DNA of 64,000 bases from Eledone cirrhosa (taxonomy: Eukaryota), in the NCBI GenBank assembly GCA_964016885.1, contig OZ024742.1:195362001-195426000 (forward strand). The letters are read 5' to 3'. Shown piece after piece: positions 29,690 through 43,099 of this stretch. The stretch's first letter is position 1; each line of letters starts with the position of its first letter. The notes beneath the pieces are model-generated. The model made no database searches and was not told the DNA's origin. It saw only the letters and a program-made list of their open reading frames with translations. Made by a program: the position numbers and the translations under genes.

Positions 29690-31584
29690 TTTAGAGTGGA
29701 GAAAAAGGAAAAGACACCTACCTGTCCTTCTCCTGGGGACCAGGCTGCACAATTTCCATGGGGGTGTCGGCGGGGTTGTTTGGTGGGGGGATGTGGGGGG
29801 ACATCGGTGTGTAGTGGGGTGTGGGTGTTTGGTGGGGGAGGGATGTCTGGGGTGGTGGTAAGGAATCATTTCCAGAGGACGCGGTTGCTAGGTCTAGTAC
29901 AAGGGTTCCCCACGTCCTCGGGAAAGTTCTGTTTGAGCATTGCGTAGGTGTCCCTTGGGACCCTAATCATTTTTATATGCGGTTTAATCGCCGCGTTGGT
30001 GAACATTTTCCCTTCAGTTTCCACCGAAGGGTCTTTGTCTATTGTTTGCACAAGTGTTTTGTTGTTTGTGTTGATGTATGTATACTGCTTTTGTTGTGTT
30101 GTGTTTGTTTTTGTTTGTGGTTCTTGTGTGTGTTTGCGTTTTTTAGTATGTGTTAAGTTTTCGGGAGGGGTGGTGTTTTTTGTTTGTGATGTTTGTGATG
30201 TTTGTGCTGGTGGTTTTTTGTTTGTTGCATTTTTGTTAATGTGGTGCCTTCTTTTCTTTCTTTTTACAGGTTGAAAGTATTCTCCCTCGCCGTCACTGGG
30301 TGACGTTGATAAGGGGTCCTCGTCCGTGTTGTTGGGGAGGGGTATATTTTGGGGTTTTGTTGTGGTTGCTTTTGTATTTGTTTTAGGTGGGGAGGGGTTG
30401 GGTAGGACAGTGTCTTGTGTTGTTATTTTTTCGTGTTGTTGTTGTTGTTATTGTTGTTGTTGTGGTGGTGGTGGTGGTGGTGGTGGTGGTGGTGGTGGTG
30501 GTTGTGTTGTTGTGTGTGGGGTGGGCAGAAGCGTCTTTGGGGGGGCATTTAAAAGGGGACAGAAGCTCTCAGGTGACCACTTATTGAACAGTGGTAGCAT
30601 GAAGGCCGTCTGCTCTCAACAGAAATGTTTATGAAGGCGACTCCATCCAGGGACACACGCTGCGGTATTCTTGCTCTCCGTTCTGGTCTCATTTAGACCA
30701 GAACTTCAAGGCTATTGCCGCCGAAAATGCCCCCGATGGATTCGCCTATCGAAAGGATTGTGTCCTCATCTTCTAAGAATCCCGTTATCACCCACCAAAT
30801 GCTCGCATTTTGGCCTGATGCTCGAGATTCTTATCTTTTGAGTTCTTTTCCCCAAATATGTGGGGGAAAAGGTGTATGGTTTGGATACAATTGACGACAC
30901 AGAATATTTCCGTGCCGCCAATTCATCTTGCATTAGCACAGATATGCTTCCATACAGTTTCCTCTTTCTGTATGAAAGCGATATCCTTCCAGGCACTACT
31001 TATTTCGCTTTGGGACAATTGAGCCGGTTTCCTAGTCGTGTTCGAAACTGTCCTAAAGATTACAGTCCTGAGGACTGTGTCCCTTCTAATTTCTTCGGAG
31101 GAGGTAATTGTGAATTCCCCACCTTCCCCGAAAGTTACACAATTCCTTGCTTCTTTCAGCAATTTCTTGACATTCGAGATGTCCAGTGCCTTGTATGTCT
31201 GCGTTTCTCGGACCGCCTGTGCGAAGGAGACTGCAGCTGTGGGTCCGTTTTCTTTCGTGTTGTTATCATTGTTGTTGTTGTTGTTATTCGTGTTGACTTG
31301 CTTTTTTCCTTTGTTGGTGTTGTCATTATTGCTGTTGTTGGTTGTGTTGTTATTGTCATTGTTGCTGTTGTTGGTTGTGTTGTTATTGTCATTGTTGTTC
31401 TTGTTTGTGTAATTGTTACTTTTTGGGTTTTCACCCATTTCCACAATTGTTTCTTTTGATTCCGTGGCTTCTTTTGCGGGGGTGAGGAAGGAAGGCTTAC
31501 AACGTTGTGTTGCTACCTTCTCTCTATCACTTTCCTTGGGCTGGGGGTGGGGGGCGTGGCATGCGTCGTATTAATGGCGTCCAT
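29690..31584 (-). pseudogene. Copy A ORF1 (gag-like), broken
   Basis: Fragments 30923-31444, 30766-30996 and 29866-30051 match copy B ORF1 (VIFRTVSN.TRKP.QLSQ, YTFSPTY.GKRTQKIRI, DPSV.TEGK). Confidence 0.8.
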
Positions 31585-32046
31585 TGTCACTAAACGACCT
31601 TTTATCGACAACTTATAACTATTAAATTTCGCCCCCAAAAGGGGCGAAATTTATTTTACTCAACGTCTGCAGTCCCAGGCGAGGGGTTAAACACAACACA
31701 TAACAAATTACTTAAACAGACCTACCGCTTCTCGTAATAAATTCCGACAAAATGCAGGAGCGAAACAAAAACACGTCTATCTTCTCCGAGATAGATAGAT
31801 AGATATATTTCTTTATTAGCCACAGGGGCACAAAAGAAGGGGACAAATACAAAGGGGGAAGTTTACATACAATAAAAACGTGTAAAATGTTATCACAAAT
31901 GGAATTTAAAAAGTTAGTCGATTTTCCCCAATAGAGGGAGACAGTTTATATGGGTAACACATACCCCCGAAAAGAAATGTGCAACCCTCATTTCCAGGAG
32001 TACGAAGAGTTTGTACTCCTTTCCTCTCCTCCTTCTTTTCCTCAAC

Positions 32047-35000
32047 CTACAGGCTGATATAGAGAGAAGGCCCATTCACTCGGGCCATTCTCGCCACTTT
32101 CACCCACCTTTCATAAAACTTGCTGGGGTACAGCACCTCTCTCTCCATCCTGATTCTTCTTCCAAAGTGGTATTTGAAAAAAAGAATCAGTTGTTGGCCG
32201 GAGAGAAAGGTGTCTGACCTCAGCCCTTTCAACCTTGTCCACCATACAACCTCTTTCGCCATAGCTATCACACAAAGGAAAACCGCCACTCCTTCGTTTT
32301 TGAAGGAGGGTGGCGGTTTGATCATGATAATGGACTCGGTGGTCAACTGGATTGGTCCCACCCGCGACAATAGTCGTTCTACATAGCCCCACAGGTCAGT
32401 GACGCCCGGGCAGTGTATGAATGCGTGCGCGACGGTTTCTTCGTCTCGCACGCACCTCGGACAGATCTTTTTTGCAGGGTCCCTGCCCGGGCGCCCATGT
32501 CTGTAGAGCTTGTCTCGAACTGGTAGAGCTCCTCGGTAGCACTGCCATGCCAGGGACTTTTGGAAGTTGTCCATCGGTCCCGGGCGGAAGGTCCTACCGA
32601 ACAGACTGGCCAGTTCATCTTCCTCTACGCCTAGAGTTTCACCGAGCGCGTCGTCGCACTTGCTGCGGACCAACCCTCTATAGAATGACGAAGTGGAGTC
32701 TCCACTGATCGCCGAGTCCGCCTGCCAGAGGGCTGTGAGCGCCTGAGCACATTTGATGTGCCAGTCGCCCATTTTCCTCGGTCTTTGCTTGACCCAGGAC
32801 TGCAGCTCGGTCAGCGAGACGAGTCGTGGGAAGGCTCGCCTCACGAACGGGGCCCACACCGGTTGTCCGGTGAGGAATACGTAGAGATTCCGCAGCCTGA
32901 GCGCGTGTTTGCGCATCGTCAACCACGGCATCCCCAGCCCTCCGTTAGAAGGGTGTTGGCAGCAGATGGATCTTCTCACCAAAGAAGCCCGCCTCTTCCA
33001 AAGGAATCGGAAGAGCGCGCGCTCCATTTTGGCGAGCGTTTTCGCTGGACAAGGCACGACGGTCAAGCGGTAGTAGATGGCGGACGCTATAAAAGAGTTC
33101 GCCACCTACGCTCGACCTTTCAAGGATAGTTTGCACTCGGCCCACTTCTGGGTGAGTGCAAACACCTTGGCCGTCACTTCGTTCCAGTTCTTCTCCACCT
33201 GGAGGTTCGGACCAAACCAGACCCCGAGCAGCTTTACCGGTCCTTCCGTCCAGCGTCCGACGACCCATCGGGAGGCATCGGTCTGCCTCTCCACGATCCG
33301 AGTTGCAAACCGATAGACTTGTCCCGGTTCAGCTTCGCTCCTGTGAGACTTTCGTATTCCTTCAGTAAGGTGCCGACTTCCTCGATTTGCGAGGCGCTCG
33401 ATACCATTACTGCCACGTCGTCGGCGTAAGCCGACGCCGCTTTCCGCAGTCCCGGTTCCAGAGGGATGCCCTGCAATAGCTCCAGCTTCCGCAGTAGTGG
33501 CTCGAGAGTCAGTACGTACAGAAGGGAGGAGAGAGGGCATCCCTGTCGAATGGATCGCGTAATATGGAACGGCTCCGAGAGGTAGCCGTTCACCTTGACC
33601 CTTGAGCAGATGTTGCTGTTGTGCATTGCAGCAATCCAGCCCCTGAACAGGGGTCCGAAGCCTGCCGGCTCGAGCACCGCATCCAGGTAACGATGGTCAA
33701 CCCTATCGAAAGCCTTAGACTGATCCAAGTTGATCAGGGCCACACCGAAGCCGGGTTTACACCCTACCCTCTCTATGATGTATCGCATGAGGTGGAGGTT
33801 GTCGTGTATGGACCTGGTCGGGATTGCGCATGTCTGCGCTTCTCCCACCAGGTTCTCGACTACAAGCGCCAGCCTCTTTGCCAACACTTTGGCCAAAATC
33901 TGTAACTCTGTGTTTAGCAGAGTTATGGGCCGGAAGTTGCCTATGTCATCCCCCTTATTCTCGTCCTTCCTGATTAGTGTGACCACACCCCCGGTTACAG
34001 AACTGGGAATTCTCCCGTTCTGTTGCCAGCTGCAGTAGACCGCTTCCAGGAGACCGGACAATAAGTCCGGCATTGCTACGTAAAATTCGTAGGGTAGACC
34101 GTCGAGACCTGGAGATTTGCATTTGCCGCATTGGCTCAGCGCGTCCCCTATCTCAGCGGCTGAAATCGGCTTTTCGTAGAACTTTGCCTCGCTGTCCGAG
34201 AGTCGCGGTAGGCCGTCGAGGTATGGACCGAAATCCATAGCCTCTCCCGGCGCGCCGCTCCCCACGAACAGCCGAGCAAAGTGCCGCTGAAAAGCCGCAC
34301 ACATCTGCTTCGGCTCACGTATCACGCGTCCGTTTTGGTCCTTCAAAGACCGAATCGTGAACTTGTTGCCACTTTTTGCCTCCGTCACTCGGGCCCAGCT
34401 AACAGCTTTGGCTCCCTCGTTTCCCAGAGCACGTATTTTGCTTCTGACAACGCAGCCCTCGTGCTTTGCGTCGAAGAACTGGTCCAAGGCCGTTCTCGTT
34501 GCTAGCACGCTGGCTACGTTGCCATTTCTAATTGCCTCTTCTACTTTATCTACCAGTTCCTTCTCGGTTCTATTTCTATCTAACGCTAATTCTTTACTAA
34601 AAACTATCGAGTCTAATCTAACTGCCCTCTTGAGAGAGTACCACCATCTGTTGTTGACAATGGCCCCTGTCAAGTGCTGTTTAACTAAAGTGCTAATCCG
34701 TCTACTGTAGGCTTTGCTTGTCGGTAACGACAAGTTCAGCTTCCAGTAGCCGGGTCCTTGTCTATGGGTTCTATCAAGGTTGGCCATGCAGGTCACTAGT
34801 TTGTGATCTGAATAGGCAACCATGAACATTTGTGGACAGCTTAACATGTCCCTATCCTTATTTCTAACTAGAACCCTATCTAGGTACGATCTAGATGTTC
34901 CGCTACGATTACTCCACGTCCACAGTGGCGCAGTCGGAAAATCTAGTCGATATCTATCGGCCAGGTCAAATCGGTCGATTAACTGTTTGAGGCTGTTACA

Positions 35001-35483
35001 CCCCCCTTTATCGGGACATGCTCCCACATAGTCCCAACGTGCATCTAGGATTCCATTCCAGTCCCCCACTAAAAGCAAGGAGCGGGACGTTCCCAGAAAA
35101 GTCTCTAGACGTTTGAAGAAGTCTGGACGCGGTGTCCCGGATGGGGCATATGCGGCCACCAGCCTGAAGGCTCCACCTTCACTACCGTCAACGTCTAGGA
35201 CCACCAGTCGACCCTCCGGGTCCAGATGTACTGTCTGTGTTACGAGGCCCAGGTGTTTCCGCAGCAAAACGGCAACTCCGCCCCCACCCCCCGGTTGACA
35301 GAGAGATGCGTAGATCTCAAAGTCATCGAAGATGGGGGCCAGCTGTCGCTCGCCGTGGATGCTGGACTCGCAAATGGCTACCACATCCATACTGTGCGAC
35401 CTGAGGTCGTTTAAGAGTTTGCCCTGTTTCCAGGGCATCCCCAGGCCGCGTACGTTCACACATCCAACTCTTATATTGGCCAT
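32047..35483 (-). pseudogene. Copy B ORF2: APE endonuclease, reverse transcriptase and zf-RVT; one frameshift (about 33270) and one stop (33106)
   Basis: MANIRVGCVNVRGL, GDWN, YLDRV, SDHK, GPGYWKLN, PGLDG, DQSKAFDRV, RQGCPLS, YADD, CPRC...ETVAHAFIHC. Confidence 0.93.
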
Positions 35484-35516
35484 GTTGGTGCTGAAAAGTT
35501 AAAAGAGGAAAAGAGA

Positions 35517-37397
35517 TCACTCACCCTTCGCCTCCTGGGGACCAGGCCGCACGATTTCCATGGGGGTGTTGGAGGGGTTGTCTGGATGGGTGGTCGTTTC
35601 CGGCGGGGTGGGGATGAAGATGTTTGGTGGGGTGGGGTCTGGTGGGATGGGGATTTCTGGGTGGGGAGGCATTTGAGAAGGACGCGGTTGAGTGGTTTCA
35701 CGCAGGAATCCCCACATCCTTCTCAAATGTTTCTTTTAGGGACCTATAAGTTTGTATAGGGACCCTAATCAGTTTTAGGTTCAGTTTTTTGCTATTTTTA
35801 ATAGAGTGGGCGAAAGTTTTCCCTTCGGTGAAAACCGAAGGGTCGTTCGTGATGGTCTCCATTAGTGTTTTGTTTTCAGTGTTTATGTAAGTGTAAGTGT
35901 AATTTTCTTGTGTTGTGTTTGTTTTTGTCTGTAGTTCTTGTGTGTGCTTTCGTTTTGTTGTAGGTATTTTGTTTTCAGGAGGTGGGGGTTTTGTTTGTGA
36001 TATTTTTGTTGTTTGTGTTGGTGGTTGTATGTTTGTGGTAGTGTTTGCTGGTTTTTTGCTTTTGTGATGTCTTTTCTTTCTTTTCGAGCGATGGGGTTCT
36101 CCCTCGTCTTCACTGGGTGATGGCGAGATAGCCTCATCTGTTGTATCGTCTGTGTGATTGGGGAGAGGTATGTCTTGGGGAGCTGTTGTGTCTGTATGTG
36201 ATTTTGCAGTGGTTTTAGGTGGAGTGGGGTTGGGTGGGACTGTGTTTGTTGTGGTGGTGTTGGTGGTTGTGTTGTTTTGATGGGTGTCGTCAGAAGAGCC
36301 TTTTTTTGGTTCATTAGTTTAGGACAGGAAGCCCTCAGGTGACCCCTGCTAAAGCAATGGTAACATGAAGGCCGCCTACCCTCAACCGAAAGGTTTATGT
36401 AGGTGAGTCCGTCCAGGAGTACACGCTGTGGGATCATAGCTATTCGCTCTGGGCTCATTTGCACCAGAGCTTCAATGCTAGTCCCATTGAATACATCTCT
36501 GGGGGACTTTCCTACTGAAAGTATTCTGTCTTCATCAAAATTGATGAAGCCGCACAGTATCCACCATATGTTCACCTTTGGTGTGACACTTGTGATTCTG
36601 ATCTTTTGTGTCCTTTTTCCCATGTATGTAGGGGAAAAGGTGTACAGGTTGGATACAATTGGCGACACAGAGTAATTTTGGGCCGTCAATTGATCCTTCA
36701 TGAGTACCGAAATACTCCCAAAAAGTTTGCTTCTTTGAATGAATGCAATATCATTCATTGAACTTTTGAAAACCAGTTCAATTTCTTTCTGTGACAATTG
36801 GACTGGTTTTCGGGTAGAATTGGAAACTGTCCTAAAAACTATCGTTTTGAGAGCAGTTTCCTTGCGAATTTCTACCGGAGAATTGATGCTGAAAGCACCA
36901 TTTTTTTCGAAGGTGACATATCTCTTAGCGTCCTTTAAAAGTTGTTCAGCATTTGTTATGTCGAGATATATCAATTGTTCTTTCTTTTGAACTTTCTCTG
37001 CAAAGGAGATTTTTGGTTTCTTTGTGGAATCCGTATTGGTGGTGTTGTCATTATTGTTGTTATTGTTGTTGTTATTCTTGTTGTCACCGATGTTGGTATC
37101 ATCCGTATTTTCTTTGGTGTTGTTGTTGTCTTTGATGCTGGTGTTATTGGCGTTGTCTTTATTTTTTTCTTTGTTGTTGTTATCATTGTTGCTTTTATCA
37201 TCATTATTGGTGTTGCTGTTATTTTTGTTGTCATTGAACTGTTTGGTGTCATTTGTGTTGTTTGGATATGAATTCGTTTTTTTATTTTCATTTTGTCTTT
37301 CCATCTCTATAGTATCTAGTGAAGAAGACGTTGTTGACTGCGAGCTTTGTAGTCTTACCGCCTCTCCACCACCATTATCGTTGGACGCAGCGTTCAT
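35517..37397 (-). pseudogene. Copy B ORF1 nucleic-acid-binding protein (504-aa ORF 35883-37397, C-terminus disrupted)
   Basis: Asn/Asp-rich N-terminus, CCHC knuckle CYHCFSRGHLRASC, Pro/Thr/Gln-rich linker, downstream block conserved with copy A. Confidence 0.85.
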
Positions 37398-37615
37398 AAC
37401 GTAATCAAAATTTTACAATATTTTTTCCAAGATTCGATGGAGAAAAATTTTTTTAATGGATATTCCGCCCCTGTAGGGGGCGAAAATGAGTTGACCCACC
37501 ACCTGAAGGTCCAGACGGGTGGTCAAGTTACACAATGATATAAAATTTAACTAAAAACTCACGTTTTTTTCTTACATAAATTAACGGAAACTTCTCCGCG
37601 AAGTGACACACGTCT

Positions 37616-37695
<80 letters not shown>

Positions 37696-37780
37696 TGGCT
37701 GAGCTCTTGCCGTTTCAATAGCAAGTATCCAGTACTTTGGTGAGTAATGGTCTAACCAGTTTCTAACTGAATCTATCCTG

Positions 37781-37848
<68 letters not shown>

Positions 37849-37853
<5 letters not shown>

Positions 37854-38058
37854 GAAAGCAATATGAATGACCAGTTCTTTGATGTGGCCATATAGTTGTA
37901 TACAGTTATGTATATATGTTGCATGTTTCATTCGTATGAAATCATAAGGACTACAGTCCTTATGATTTCATACGAATGAAACATGCAACGTGTATACATG
38001 ACTGTATACAACTATATGGCCACATGAAAGAACGGGTCATTCATATTGCTTTCTAATT
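37849..38058. mobile_element. 210-bp imperfect palindrome (Penelope-like fold-back) with a variant hammerhead-like motif
   Basis: Arms 37849-37952 and 37955-38058; left flank (TA)n; TACAGTC-CTTATGA-TTTC-atac-GAAT-GAAAC-ATGCAACGT-GTA...GACTGTA. Confidence 0.65.
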
Positions 38059-38184
38059 TTGAAGGTACACCTAATTTTTTCAAGCTGAAGGAAAGTGAAA
38101 TAAAGTGTCTTGTTTAAGAACACAATGTGCCACTGAGAATCGAATTCCTGATCATGAGTTATGTACCATGAGTGATACTAATAT

Positions 38185-38360
38185 TATTATTTCTACTTTT
38201 GGCACGAGGCCAGCAAATATCCCAGTGTATTACTGGTACTTTATTTTATCGATCCCGTAAGGATGAAAGGTAAAGTTAACCTCGGTGGGATTTGAACTCA
38301 GGTCGTAAAGGGCCGTAACTCTATGCTCCAAAGCATGGCATCCAACCCTCTACCAATCCA
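38185..38360 (-). mobile_element. SINE (family of 2311) with TSD
   Basis: Family core; TGATACTAATATTAT on both sides. Confidence 0.85.
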
Positions 38361-38929
38361 CTATGATACTAATATTATAATGGGTGGATAGGTGTGATAA
38401 CAATCACACCAAATCATATTACAAACAACCAATTGAATTATTTAACTATAGTATCAATGTGTATTCGAGATATTTAAGTACACAGCGGTATCATATGGTT
38501 AAATAATCGTCTATGAGTTCACAGTTAAGAGAGATTTATTTTCCATTGCCAAGATCCCTACAGATTGAAGGGAAGTAGTACCTCTATCATGGTACTTCCC
38601 AATATTTTACATTACTCGGTGGGGTTTCTTTTTGTGGTGGGGTTCCATGCTTGACTAACTTATTGGTTAAATCTACCGGATGACAGTCGATCGACTTTCG
38701 TTAAATCGAACCGAGGAAACAATGTTTCCATTGGTCTTTCCAATTGCTCATACTATCTATCGGTCGCAACTGCAGGTAAAAGGAGCAACATCAAATAAAG
38801 TGTCTTGCTCAAAGACAACGCATCACCCGGTCCAGGAATCGAACTCACAACTTCACGATTGTGAATCCAATTCTCTAACCACTCAGCCACGCACCGGTTG
38901 AATATATACAAGTATGTATGAAATATTAG

Positions 38930-39153
38930 GTTTCTTCATATATCTAGAGAAAGTATTAAGTAACTTGTGCCGCGGGTTAAAAATAAGATGTCATCGAGAT
39001 TTAAATATATCCATACAGGCCATAATCTCGTGTACTTCAGTACTTGGATCGTACACATCAACCTCCCAGGAAGGGTTTTGGCAATCCTATTATGGACCAG
39101 GTAACGTGGTAGTTTACCTTTCAAATCCCAGATGTATTTCGCTAGAGAAGTGT
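38930..39153 (-). mobile_element. Penelope GIY-YIG C-terminal remnant
   Basis: HTSLAKYIWDLKGK resembles the T.LS.YIW.LK motif of Penelope-like endonuclease C-termini. Confidence 0.55.
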
Positions 39154-39162
39154 GATATATAA

Positions 39163-39198
<36 letters not shown>

Positions 39199-39213
39199 GT
39201 ATATATATATATA

Positions 39214-39592
39214 TACGAGGGTAATCCCAAAAGTAAGGTCTCCAAAGCAATGGGGACGCATAGAAACTGTTCGTACGGATATTGGCAACCCTGTTGTGAT
39301 TGGTGCTTCCTTCACTCCCAAACAAGCATGCGAGCGCTTCGCTGGGATGCTCAATCTTGGCTTGGCAGCCGTTGAGAATGGAACTCCCGTTGAACGCTAC
39401 CGCCAAGTGCAAAGTTATTCGCGCAGTTATTATATAGAGGGCAATCCAAAAAGTAAGGTCTCCTTCCGATTCCGAGGAAAACATGCGTAAAGATCGGCGG
39501 ATCACTCTGGATGCTCTCTGCATTTTGGTTCCTGAGGTTTCCCGAAGCACCATCCACAGAATTTTAACGGAAAAGTTGCAATATCGGAAAGA
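39214..39592 (+). mobile_element. Mariner DNA transposon fragments
   Basis: TA-CGAGGGTAATCCCAAAAGTAAGGTCTCC TIR, repeated in direct orientation at about 39435; RKDRRITLDAL...VSRSTIHRILTEKLQYRK is a mariner HTH. Confidence 0.75.
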
Positions 39593-39622
39593 GCCCTTAC
39601 TTTTGGGGTTAAATTCGTATAT

Positions 39623-39786
39623 AAGCCGTTTCGACGGCTATTTCTGGAGTCTAGAAATAGCCGTCGAAAAGGCTTGAGCTCTGCCGTCGGGGTCCTGTCC
39701 CTTTTCCTATTACCCACTCTACTACCCAAAGTATCGAGTACTGTGGTGCGTTATGGTCCACCTGGTTCCTTACTACACTTCCTTCG

Positions 39787-39790
<4 letters not shown>
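39623..39790 (+). mobile_element. Short retroelement 3' end with 5' micro-inversion (family also at 46743-46905 plus and 50551-50672 minus)
   Basis: Shared CCTATTACCCACTCTA.TACCC.AAGTAT.GAGTACT.TGGTGC.TTATGGTCCACCTGGT; all copies end in (TA)n. Confidence 0.7.
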
Positions 39791-39830
<40 letters not shown>

Positions 39831-39949
39831 AATAATTTATCATGTAATATTAAAGCGTACTTAACTATATATTTTTTTTATTAAATATAAAAAGAACCAT
39901 ATGAAATATTAAATACTTTTCTATTCAATAATTTCTACATCTAAATATA

Positions 39950-40135
39950 AATAATTGTTTCTACTTTAGGCACAAGGCCAGCAATTACCCAGTGCATTAC
40001 TGGTACTTTATTTTATCGACCCCGTAAGGATGAAAGGCAAAGTCAACCTCGGCGGGATTTGAACTCAGATCGTAAAGGGACGTAACTATGCTGGAAAGCA
40101 TGGCGTCCGACCCTCTACCGACACTGCCAATCCAC
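39950..40135 (-). mobile_element. SINE, young subfamily, with TSD
   Basis: Near-identical to 2311 and 44942; ATATAAATAAT on both sides. Confidence 0.88.
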
Positions 40136-40890
40136 ATATAAATAATAAAGGATAGCTTACCTACAAATTCTATAATCCAAATGTTTTCCCCTTTATTATT
40201 ATATCTTCATAATATTATCCCTCTTTTAACAGAATATTTTTAATTGATACAATATACTTTTGATTTAAAACCTATCTATAATAATTATAAGTGAAATTAG
40301 GACTGAATAACGGTCAATTTTTGTTTTGTTTTTCTGAACAATCTTATTACGCTATATTTTGAATAATTTATTAAACGTTTAAATCAACTGTAATGCCCCC
40401 CCCCCCTCCCCCAATCACGTAACACCCTTACGTGGTGAGGTTTTTCTAGTCATATGCCTGGTGGTCATCGATCTATGAAGTCCGTTTGTCTACAAGCATA
40501 TCATGAAAAAATTATACATTTTCTATGTATTTTGTCTGAGGAGAACATGTTTTGCTTTATATTATACATATAAATTTGCATCTTCGAAATATATATAATC
40601 AAATAAATAGAGATGATATAAAATGTCTATCTTTCGTATATTACCAATATTATCATTATTATATATATATATATATATATACATTCATATATATATGATT
40701 TATTTCAGATACTGTAGAAATCAATCATTTCTATGTGGAATAATTCATATACACTCCCTACTAAATCTATTGAGTACCTTATTTAACTGTGACCTCTTTC
40801 CGTTCCTCTTCGGAAAAGCATTCTTTATCTTATCTTATCTTACATTTTTGTAACAGTTAAACCCCAGTTATTTGACGTATATCAAGCAGG

Positions 40891-41005
<115 letters not shown>

Positions 41006-41010
41006 TGTGT

Positions 41011-41067
<57 letters not shown>

Positions 41068-41124
41068 TGTGTGTGTGTGCTTCACCTTCGATGGAGGGAT
41101 GACTTAAGAAAGAAGTTATATATA

Positions 41125-41179
<55 letters not shown>

Positions 41180-41202
41180 AACATATATATATATATATAC
41201 AA

Positions 41203-41312
<110 letters not shown>

Positions 41313-41636
41313 AAATGTGTATGTATGTATGTGAGAGTGAGAGCGAGAACAACAGAAGATAGAAAGTGCTGTAAAGGTCTCTTTCCTTAAAGAGCAGAAC
41401 TCACATTTGTTTTTGTTGTTTTTTGTTTTTCTCTTGTAGTTTTCTTTTCTTGCTTTTTTTGTTTTGTTTTATTAGTTTTCTTTTGTTGTTGCATATATAT
41501 TACTTTTTTTTTCGTTGTGTTTGCTTGCTTTGGTTTGTTATGTTTTTAACATTCCAATAAATGTCAAACGCTGCAATGCTTACTGACATTTTGTAACAGT
41601 AAAACCCCAGTTATTTGACTTATATCAAGCAAGCAG

Positions 41637-41670
<34 letters not shown>

Positions 41671-41722
41671 GTGTGTGTGTATTTGTATGTGTGTGTATAT
41701 GTGTGTGTACACACACATACGC

Positions 41723-41840
<118 letters not shown>

Positions 41841-41842
41841 GT

Positions 41843-41873
<31 letters not shown>

Positions 41874-41994
41874 CTTGTGTGTGTGTACTTGCTCTGCTCC
41901 AGTAGCTGATATGTTATTAACGTACAACCAGAAAGCTACTATGTGTATAAATATATACATATATATGTATATATATTTAAATATCCCTTTTGCT

Positions 41995-42035
<41 letters not shown>

Positions 42036-42264
42036 CTACGGTCGGCTGCATCCTTGAAATCCTTTCAAGTCGGAAACTCCCGGCAGCAGTACACACACAA
42101 ATACGTTTTTGTCAACTGCAAAATTGCAATGAAAACCTAGTTTCGTTTCAGAACTCGTTTCCTTTTCATGTTTTTGTAATATCGTTAACTTTTCTTTTTC
42201 CTTTGCAACGTTTTCATTGCCATGATTTCCTACTGCCATTGGTGTCTATATATAGACGTTATTG

Positions 42265-42903
42265 GTCTTCTTCTTCAGCTTCTTCTTCTTCTTCTTCTTC
42301 TTCTTCTTCTTCTTCTTCTTCTTCTTCTTCTTCTTCTTCTTCTTCTCCTTCTTCTTCTTTTCCTTTTTCTTTTTCTTTTTCTTTTTATTTTTCTTGTTCT
42401 TCCTTTTCTTTTTCTTTCTTTTTTTTCTTTTTCTTTTTCTTTTTCTTTTTATTTTTATTTTTTATTTTTATTTTTATTTTTATTTTTATTTTTATTTTTA
42501 TTTTTATTTTTATTTTTATTTTTATTTTTATTTTTATTTTTATTTTTATTTTTATTTTTATTTTTATTTTTATTTTTATTTTTATTTTTATTTTTATTTT
42601 TATTTTTATTTTTTACTTTTAATTTTCTTCTTTTTATTTTTCTTTTTCTTTTTCTTTTTCTTTTTCTTTTTCTTTTTCTTTTTCTTTTTCTTTTTCTTTT
42701 TCTTTTTCTTCTTTTTCTTCTTTTTCTTTTTCGTCTTCGTCTTTTTCTTCTTTTTCTTCTTCTTCTTCTTAGTCTTCTTCTTCTTCTTCTTCTTCTCCCC
42801 CTCCTCCTTCTGCTTCTCTGCCAATTTCCTCTTCTCCTTCTTCACAGTCTCTTTCTTCTATAGGTGTATATTTTCTTTACCATTTTCTTCTTTCTTCTTC
42901 TTT

Positions 42904-42951
<48 letters not shown>

Positions 42952-43045
42952 TTCATCATCATCATCATCATCATCATCTTCTTCTTCTTCTTCTTCTTCT
43001 TCTTCTTCTTCTTCTTCTTGCTTCTTTTCCATCATCATCATCTCT
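42265..43045. repeat. Pyrimidine-rich array (TTC)n, (TTTTTA)n, (TTTTTC)n, (ATC)n
   Basis: Direct reading. Confidence 0.95.
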
Positions 43046-43099
43046 TTATTATTAATATTAATATTATTGCTGTTGTTGTTTTCTTCTGTCCGGAATCGA

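Larger units (their letters stand above)
26021..31789 (-). mobile_element. Tx1-clade non-LTR retrotransposon, near-full-length degenerate copy A
   Basis: ORF1 remnants (Asn-rich N-terminus, zinc knuckle CYHCSISGHLRAS), APE (GDWN, SDHKLV), RT (PGLDG, FRPITLLN, KAFDRV, YADD), C-terminal ETVAHAFVHC; GATA repeats at both ends. Confidence 0.93.
31806..37615 (-). mobile_element. Tx1-clade non-LTR retrotransposon, full-length and younger copy B
   Basis: 5' UTR, ORF1, ORF2 and 3' UTR ending AATAAAGAAATA then (TCTA)n; flanked by (GATA)n at 31790-31805 and 37616-37695. Confidence 0.95.

Noticed and set aside
27093-37404. Plus-strand ORFs antisense to the Tx1 ORFs
   Set aside because: Shadow frames of GC-rich or low-complexity coding sequence
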